Source: Trichodesmium erythraeum IMS101 (lineage in GTDB: Bacteria; Cyanobacteriota; Cyanobacteriia; Cyanobacteriales; Microcoleaceae). From it: DNA of 32,000 bases. Shown here piece by piece: positions 29,323 to 32,000 of the stretch (within the stretch, counting starts at the first letter, position 1; each line of letters opens with the position of its first letter). Position numbers and translations under genes: made by a program. The stretch spans positions 6,300,001 to 6,332,000 of the forward strand of contig NC_008312.1 of NCBI RefSeq assembly GCF_000014265.1. Reading direction: 5' to 3'. The notes below the pieces were generated by a model that had not been told where the DNA came from, searched no databases, and was given only the letters and a program-made list of their open reading frames with translations.

Positions 29323-30942
29323 CTAGTTAGTTTTATCTGTTTCTTCAGTAGAAGGAAAATGAAAATGAACTGACTCAAACATGGGACAATATCCATCAAA
29401 TGTTACCTTAAAGCCATATAAAGCTGAAACAGGATTAGAACAACGTTGTCCTCGGTAATGTAAACAATTACCACAACAATTTAAATCAGGAGAGCTCAAG
29501 CGGTCAGTGGTTTGACTAAGAAGTTCTCGTTGAGATATTCCTCTAACAACTAGCTCTTCTCCTTGCCAACGAACTTCTACAAGACCTGTATCAGAGAAAG
29601 TTGACCAACGACTATCATTTGTAATGCTTTGAGGTAAAGAAATTATTACCTCTGTGTTTAATTCATTTAATTCCCCTTCATAATTAGTTTCTAGTGATGT
29701 AGGTACTATAAACGTCTCACCTATTGGTAAATCTACTAATGTACCATTAGCTGGAGAGTGTAATTGATAACGGTTGCGTAACTCTTCAAGGTTAGTTAAG
29801 TCAGCTAAATAACTAGGAGAGCCATTAACAAAAATGACATGTTGAGGACGTAAGTTATGAATTAACTGTGTTGTACCAAGTCCATCACAATGATCAGTGA
29901 GAAGGTATGTTTCAGTATAAGCAAAATCTAATTCCTGTGATGTTTTTCCTGGTTGTTCCGGCAGTAAGATAAGAACAGAATTATCTTGATTAATAATGTA
30001 TTGTCTCAAATCAGTATCCTTGTCTGCAATAAGGATATAAGGTAATTCTTTGTCTGGCAATTTTCCGGGCGATCGCCTCAGTACACGTGGTTTGACTTTT
30101 TCATCCCAAAATAGAGGTTGATGTTGAGCAAAATTTTGTACAGTTGTGGGAAATTGGGGCAATAGTTGTAAATAAAGGTCACAACCTCTAGCCACCTTTT
30201 CCTCTACCCAAATATCCAGATCGCGACCTGTGAAATAATGATGACTGCGTAGAAGCATTAACAATTCTTGCCCTAACCCTAAAGGGGGAGTGGGCAAGAT
30301 AACTGAAGTTCCAAAAGCAATAGCTTCATATATCCTTTCTGCAAGGTTGTTTTCTAATTGTCGCCTATGTGGATAATGGGCTGTGCCATAGCTACCTTCA
30401 ACTATTAATACATCTAGCTTGAGTCCTCGTAAGTATGCTAAAGGGAGACCTTCAACTAAACGGCTTTTAGATAAAAAGAAATCTCCCGTGTATAAAAGCT
30501 TATAGGTTCGATTTCCTTGAGTATAGGTGAGTAGAAAAGCTGTTGCCCCTGGTAAATGACCAGCAGGAAAAAGCTCTACAGTTAGACCACTACAAAGTTC
30601 TATTGGTGAGTGCCAAGGTAGAGGTTGACAAAAATCAGGGACTTCACAAATAGTAAGTTCTGGCCAATTTAGAGGTAGAAGTTTAGTTGTTGCCTCGCTA
30701 GCATATATTGGCAGATCTGGAAAGCTTCGGTGAAGTGCTAATAGTCCTTGAGCATGATCTGAATGTGCGTGGGAACACAATACAATATCAGCAGGTAGTT
30801 GTTGTTTTGTTTCATTAGTTAATAATGAAATATTTGTAATACCACAATCTAATAAAATCCGGTGTATTCCAATGCGAACTAGCAGACATATTCCATCATC
30901 TGCGTGACCTACACTGTAAGCTAAACATTCTAAATTTATCAC
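29323..30942 (-). CDS. MBL-fold metallo-hydrolase (beta-CASP/RNA-metabolising type) with a C-terminal Cys-cluster domain
   Basis: HxHxDH motif (LCSHAHSDHAQGL). GDFF and LIVEGSYG beta-CASP-like elements. C-terminal CCGNCLHYRGQRCSNP...GYCPMFE. GTG start. Confidence 0.8.
   Translation of the reverse strand: MINLECLAYSVGHADDGICLLVRIGIHRILLDCGITNISLLTNETKQQLPADIVLCSHAHSDHAQGLLALHRSFPDLPIYASEATTKLLPLNWPELTICEVPDFCQPLPWHSPIELCSGLTVELFPAGHLPGATAFLLTYTQGNRTYKLLYTGDFFLSKSRLVEGLPLAYLRGLKLDVLIVEGSYGTAHYPHRRQLENNLAERIYEAIAFGTSVILPTPPLGLGQELLMLLRSHHYFTGRDLDIWVEEKVARGCDLYLQLLPQFPTTVQNFAQHQPLFWDEKVKPRVLRRSPGKLPDKELPYILIADKDTDLRQYIINQDNSVLILLPEQPGKTSQELDFAYTETYLLTDHCDGLGTTQLIHNLRPQHVIFVNGSPSYLADLTNLEELRNRYQLHSPANGTLVDLPIGETFIVPTSLETNYEGELNELNTEVIISLPQSITNDSRWSTFSDTGLVEVRWQGEELVVRGISQRELLSQTTDRLSSPDLNCCGNCLHYRGQRCSNPVSALYGFKVTFDGYCPMFESVHFHFPSTEETDKTN
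30069..30076. repeat. HIP1 octamer GCGATCGC
   Basis: Exact octamer. Confidence 0.95.
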
Positions 30943-31397
30943 AAGGTTAAACTGCTTGCGTCTAGGAAAACTTTAACTATTAATAAAATTGAATTTTTGG
31001 ATATATTAAACTTAAGAAATATGAACGAAAATACCATATAAATACAAGCTAAAGTTAGCTAAATTGACGTTTAATGTCTTGAATTGCAAGTTTAGGGAAG
31101 CAGTATTTTTAGGTAAAAAATAAATATACAAAGTTTATTTATTCTTAAAAAATCAAAAGATTGAAGGCATCTTATCTTTGCTTTATTGAAAATTAATACA
31201 ATTAAAATATATTATATATTATGCATTGTTTTCAATAATAATTTTATTAGCTAGCAAATCATATAATCTTCCATTCTGCTATTTTTAACTAAAAATTGCT
31301 AAATATTCAACTGTAAAAAGAATATACTAGCTTAATTGGCTAGTTTACGATCTTTGCTCAGAAAATATCCAGTGTACATTTGTATATAGTTAAAAAA

Positions 31398-31417
31398 CTT
31401 TATAATTCTTTATAATT
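31398..31417 (+). promoter_or_regulatory. Perfect tandem decamer CTTTATAATT x2, giving two TATAAT boxes about 190 nt upstream of the linker gene
   Basis: Read directly from the sequence. No convincing -35 box, so promoter function is only a suggestion. Confidence 0.2.
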
Positions 31418-31606
31418 AAGAGTATTGTGGCGGTGTATATTCCAGAAAAGTATAAAGCTTAAAAAAATAGGCTCATAAATTCATACAATTCTTCGTTCTG
31501 CCGACAGAAGAGATTTGAGTAATGAGCCGGACTTTTTTTTTAGTTTTGTAACTAAAAAATATATTTTTTTTCAGTAAACCTTGTTGTCACCTAGGAGATA
31601 GTTCAA

Positions 31607-32000
31607 ATGGTTTTTGGACCTGCATCTCAGTTAGGGGTTAGCCTTTTTGAAGATACAGAACCCGTAGAGCTCTTACCCGGACGCTCATCAGAAGAAATAG
31701 AAACTGTGATTCGAGCTGTCTATAAGCAAGTTCTAGGCAATGCTTATGTCATGGAAAGTGAAAGACTCACTGTACCAGAGTCTAAACTTAAAGAAGGCAC
31801 AATTACTGTCCGTGAATTTGTACGTCAAGTTGGACGCTCTGACTTGTATCGTTCTCGGTTCTTTGACCCTTGCCCCCGCTATCGTTCAGTTGAGTTAAAT
31901 TTTAAGCACTTTTTAGGTCGTGCTCCCGATGGCTACGATGAAATGAAGCTTCACAGTAATCTTCTGGATGAAGGAAGTTTTGAAGCTGATATTGATTCCT
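31607..32000 (+). CDS. cpeC: Phycobilisome rod linker polypeptide, phycoerythrin-associated type (CpeC/D/E-like). N-terminal 131 codons; runs off the window. Not in the supplied ORF track.
   Basis: AGGAGA SD 8 nt upstream of the ATG. MVFGPASQLGVSLFEDTEPVELLPGRSSEEIETVIRAVYKQVLGNAYVMESERLTVPESKLKEGTITVREFVRQVGRSDLYRSRFF..CPRYRSVELNFKHFLGRAP is the canonical PBS-linker domain with the PE-linker N-terminus. I cannot resolve which paralogue (C, D or E) it is. Confidence 0.85.
   Translation, partial: MVFGPASQLGVSLFEDTEPVELLPGRSSEEIETVIRAVYKQVLGNAYVMESERLTVPESKLKEGTITVREFVRQVGRSDLYRSRFFDPCPRYRSVELNFKHFLGRAPDGYDEMKLHSNLLDEGSFEADIDS

Overview
The window is an AT-rich cyanobacterial chromosomal segment. 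Evidence: five perfect HIP1 octamers (GCGATCGC) and lineage-typical genes (Vipp1/IM30, MenB, class II Calvin-cycle aldolase, a phycoerythrin-type phycobilisome linker). From my coordinates about 63% is coding. Three spacers longer than 1 kb have no ORF (4094-5554, 8739-9904, 26901-28588). This low coding density is what is described for Trichodesmium-like filamentous cyanobacteria, but I cannot confirm the species without a search. Gene order: vipp1 (partial) - vipp1 - SPOR protein(-) - DUF721/DciA-like - small Cys protein - menB(-) - tadA - hypothetical - glcD - [MTase(-) - DUF3326(-) - small ORF(-) - sulfotransferase-like(-) - GT2(-)] - NDH-2(-) - small membrane protein - RDD/HEAT/pentapeptide protein - fba(-) - tRNA-Lys(UUU)(-) - interrupted FG-GAP/DUF642 gene - CapA-family(-) - MITE - hypothetical - MBL/beta-CASP hydrolase(-) - phycobilisome rod linker (partial). 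I see no CRISPR array, transposase, integrase, phage module or recognisable defence or toxin-antitoxin gene. The items most worth follow-up are these. (1) A same-strand cassette of uncharacterised but conserved-looking enzymes: sulfotransferase-like, small ORF, DUF3326, atypical SAM-MTase, preceded by a polyprenyl-phosphate GT2. (2) A very recent tandem duplication of vipp1 including its terminator. (3) A 256-bp MITE with 27-bp terminal inverted repeats and a perfect 10-bp target-site duplication. (4) An FG-GAP/DUF642 gene broken by one in-frame TAA. (5) An orphan intrinsic terminator implying an unannotated transcript in a 1.46-kb spacer. All domain calls come from motif recognition by eye; no search was run.
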